From: Macrostomum lignano
Lineage: Eukaryota
DNA length: 64,000 nt
Direction: 5' to 3'
Assembly (NCBI GenBank): GCA_002269645.1
Contig: NIVC01000112.1
Coordinates: 82,520-146,519 of the forward strand
Shown here piece by piece: positions 61,647 through 64,000 of the stretch. Both the position numbers and the translations under genes were made by a program. Position 1 is the first letter of the stretch. Every line of letters starts with the position of its first letter. The notes beneath the pieces are model-generated. The model was not told the origin of the DNA. It did no database searches and worked only from the letters and a program-made list of their open reading frames with translations.

Positions 61647-63833
61647 TTAGTCCAGGTCCATGTCGGCCTCCTTGCCGTTCACCTTGGCGCCACCGCTGGT
61701 GGACTTTTTCGCCGATCCCGGCGCGGCGTTCTGGTCGCCGTCTTGCGCCGTTGCGTCCGGGCCGGCGGCTCCGTCAGCTGGGGGCTGGGTAGACGCCTGT
61801 GGCTGCTGCTGCTGCGGCGGAGGCTCCTCAACTTTCGGCGGCTGCGGCTTCGGCTTGTTCAGAATCGGGTTAACAGCGGATTCGAGGGCCGAGTGCTGCG
61901 AGCGAATGTCGGCTGAGGTCAGGCTGGGGTCCTGGTTGGCGGCCAGCCGGTTCTGCTCGTTCTGCTGGGTGATCAGCCACTGCTGCTTCTCGTCTATGGA
62001 GTCTGAGACTCGCTTCATCTGCAGTTTCGGTTGGGCTTGAAAATTATTGTTAAATTTGCATACTGCTCTCCCTAGCAACCACCTAGATACCGAACCATTC
62101 ACACCCTAGCAACCACCTAGATACTGAACCAAGCACTCCCTAAAGAATCTCACCTCCTCCTCAGTCAGGTGCGCCAGCGCCTCTTCCCCATTGCGCCAGG
62201 CCTCCACAGCTTTCCTAGCGTGCTGCAGCGCGTGCCCGAGAGCATCAGCCGCCCTCGGCCGCTCCTCGAACTCCTTGGCTCGCCGCAGGAAACGTTCGCC
62301 AGGCCCGCGCAGCTCGGCCAGTTTGTCAACGTAGGCCTGCTTAGCCAGATTCTCGCCGTCGCCGTAGATCCAGTCCTCAGTGGCCGTGAGCAGCTGACTG
62401 TAGGACTCGCGCTCAGCCTCAGACACGAACTGCTCCAGCACGCTGGACAGTTTGTCCCGCATCTCGTAGACGTACTCTTCCACCGTGTTCCTGGCCAGAC
62501 AGCGCTCGTGCTCGCGCGTCTCCTGCAGCACCATGTTGGCCTCGCGCTCCTGTAGTAAAATCAGAATTGGGCGCGTATGCGATTAGACTACTTATTATGC
62601 GAGTAATTAGTAGTAACACAGGCCTATATAAAAACTCTTTTAAGCCCCTTGATCTCAGCTCAACTACCTGGTCCTTAACCAGCTCAACCACCTGGTCCTT
62701 AACCAGCTCAGCCACCTGGTCCTTAACCAGCTCAACCACCTGGTCCTTAACCAGCTCAGCCACCTGGTCCTTAACCAGCTCAACCACCTGGTCCTTAACC
62801 AGCTCAACCACTTGGTCCTCAACCAGCTCAGCCACCTGGTCCTTAAGCAGCTCAGCCACCTGGTCCTTAACCAGCTCAACCACCTGGTCCTTAACCAGCT
62901 CAGCCACCTGGTCCTTAACCAGCTCAACCACCTGGTCCTCAACCAGCTCAGCCACCTGGTCCTTAACCAGCTCAGCCACCTGGTCCTTAACCAGCTCAGC
63001 CACCTGGTCCTCAACCAGCTCAGCCACCTGGTCCTTAACCAGCTCAACCACCTGGTCCTCAACCAGCTCAGCCACCTGGTCCTCAACCAGCTCAGCCACC
63101 TGGTCCTTAACCAGCTCAACCACCTGGTCCTCAACCAGCTCAGCCACCTGGTCCTCAACCAGCTCAACCACCTGGTCCTCAACCAGCTCAGCCACCTGGT
63201 CCTTAACCAGCTCAACCACCTGGTCCTCAACCAGCTCAGCCACCTGGTCCTCAACCAGCTCAACCACCTGGTCCTTAACCAGCTCAGCCACCTGGTCCTT
63301 AACCAGCTCAGCCACCTGGTCCTCAACCAGCTCAGCCACCTGGTCCTCAACCAGCTCAACCACCTGGTCCTTAACCAGCTCAGCCACCTGATCCTTAACC
63401 AGCTCAGCCACCTGGTCCTTAACCAGCTCAACCACCTGGTCCTCAACCAGCTCAGCCACCTGGTCCTCAACCAGCTCAACCACCTGGTCCTCAGCAAGCT
63501 GTAACCTCAAAAAGAACTTCAAACGTGATTGTTAAACAGGCTTACCTGAAAATCGGTGAGCAATTTCTTGCTCAGCTGCTTGACGCAGTCGGCATCGATG
63601 GGCAGATCGGTGTACCGGGTGACCTTCTTGGTCTTCTTCTCAGCTGATTTCTTGGGATCAGCCGGGGCTGCTGCCTGCTGCTGCTGTCTCTCGGCCTGGT
63701 CGGCTCCGACTTCCATCGGGGAACCAGCCGAATCGGCAGCGGTTCCGCCTGGTGCGGCTTCGGCCTCGGCGACCACTTCGGCGGATTCCGCCGGAGCGTC
63801 GGTCTCCATCTTCTCTTCTGGCTCGTCTACCAC
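61647..63833 (-). CDS. HSPA4: HSP110/HSPA4-family chaperone, last three exons (5' part outside the window)
   Basis: Exons 63833-63546 (acidic loop, KKVTRYTDLPI), 62549-62154 (EREANMVLQET...RNTVEEYVYEMRDKL...TEDWIYGDGE) and 62018-61647 (EKQQWL...ILNKPKP...DMDLD*); phase-0 GT-AG introns. Confidence 0.92.
62655..63498. repeat. 24-bp minisatellite in the HSP110 intron
   Basis: ACCAGCTCA(A/G)CCACCTGGTCCT(T/C)A units, ~35 copies. Confidence 0.95.
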
Positions 63834-64000
63834 CTGTAAATAGTTGGGGTTTTTGGAATGTTGGTTGAGTGAGATGTTTAATAGCTCTATAGTCAAAAAA
63901 ACTAGTAGAGGTCAATTAGGGTCACGTTCATATTAGGTCAATTAAGGTCGAAGGCAAGACAGATGGGTCAACTGGGGTCACTGAAGGGAAGGCAATACAA

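Noticed and set aside
1-64000. tRNA, rRNA, snRNA or SL RNA genes
   Set aside because: None recognised by eye; tRNA-like words occur only in the TRIM PBS and the SINE/L2 fragment. tRNAscan-SE/Infernal were not run.

Overview
Animal (eukaryotic) genomic DNA with spliced genes, many tandem repeats and decayed transposons. The repeat-filled introns and GC-rich codon usage resemble a Macrostomum-type flatworm, but that is inference only. Seven protein-coding genes are supported: a large lipid transfer protein (apolipophorin/vitellogenin family, minus, 4 exons reconstructed), an intronless prohormone convertase 2, an intronless rhodopsin-type GPCR with an unrecognised ~430-aa ectodomain, a DHHC palmitoyltransferase, a cation-dependent M6P-receptor/ATG27-like protein, an ACSL3/4 acyl-CoA ligase (apparent 1-nt frameshift) and the 3' end of an HSP110. 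Mobile DNA includes a defective Gypsy element nested in a MITE, a 590-bp TRIM-like LTR element, hAT-type MITEs with 8-bp TSDs, a foldback element and a SINE/L2 fragment. Three patterns stand out. (1) Sharply bounded domains have lost nearly all CpG and gained TpA, and paired repeat copies show CpG and CpA C-to-T decay, suggesting methylation-driven or RIP-like hypermutation. (2) Nine of eleven reconstructed introns are largely filled by a private minisatellite, several carrying sense-strand splice-donor motifs. (3) One such array in HSP110 can be read as an in-frame, phase-0/0, variable-length repeat exon. All coordinates and counts were read by eye; nothing was database-searched.
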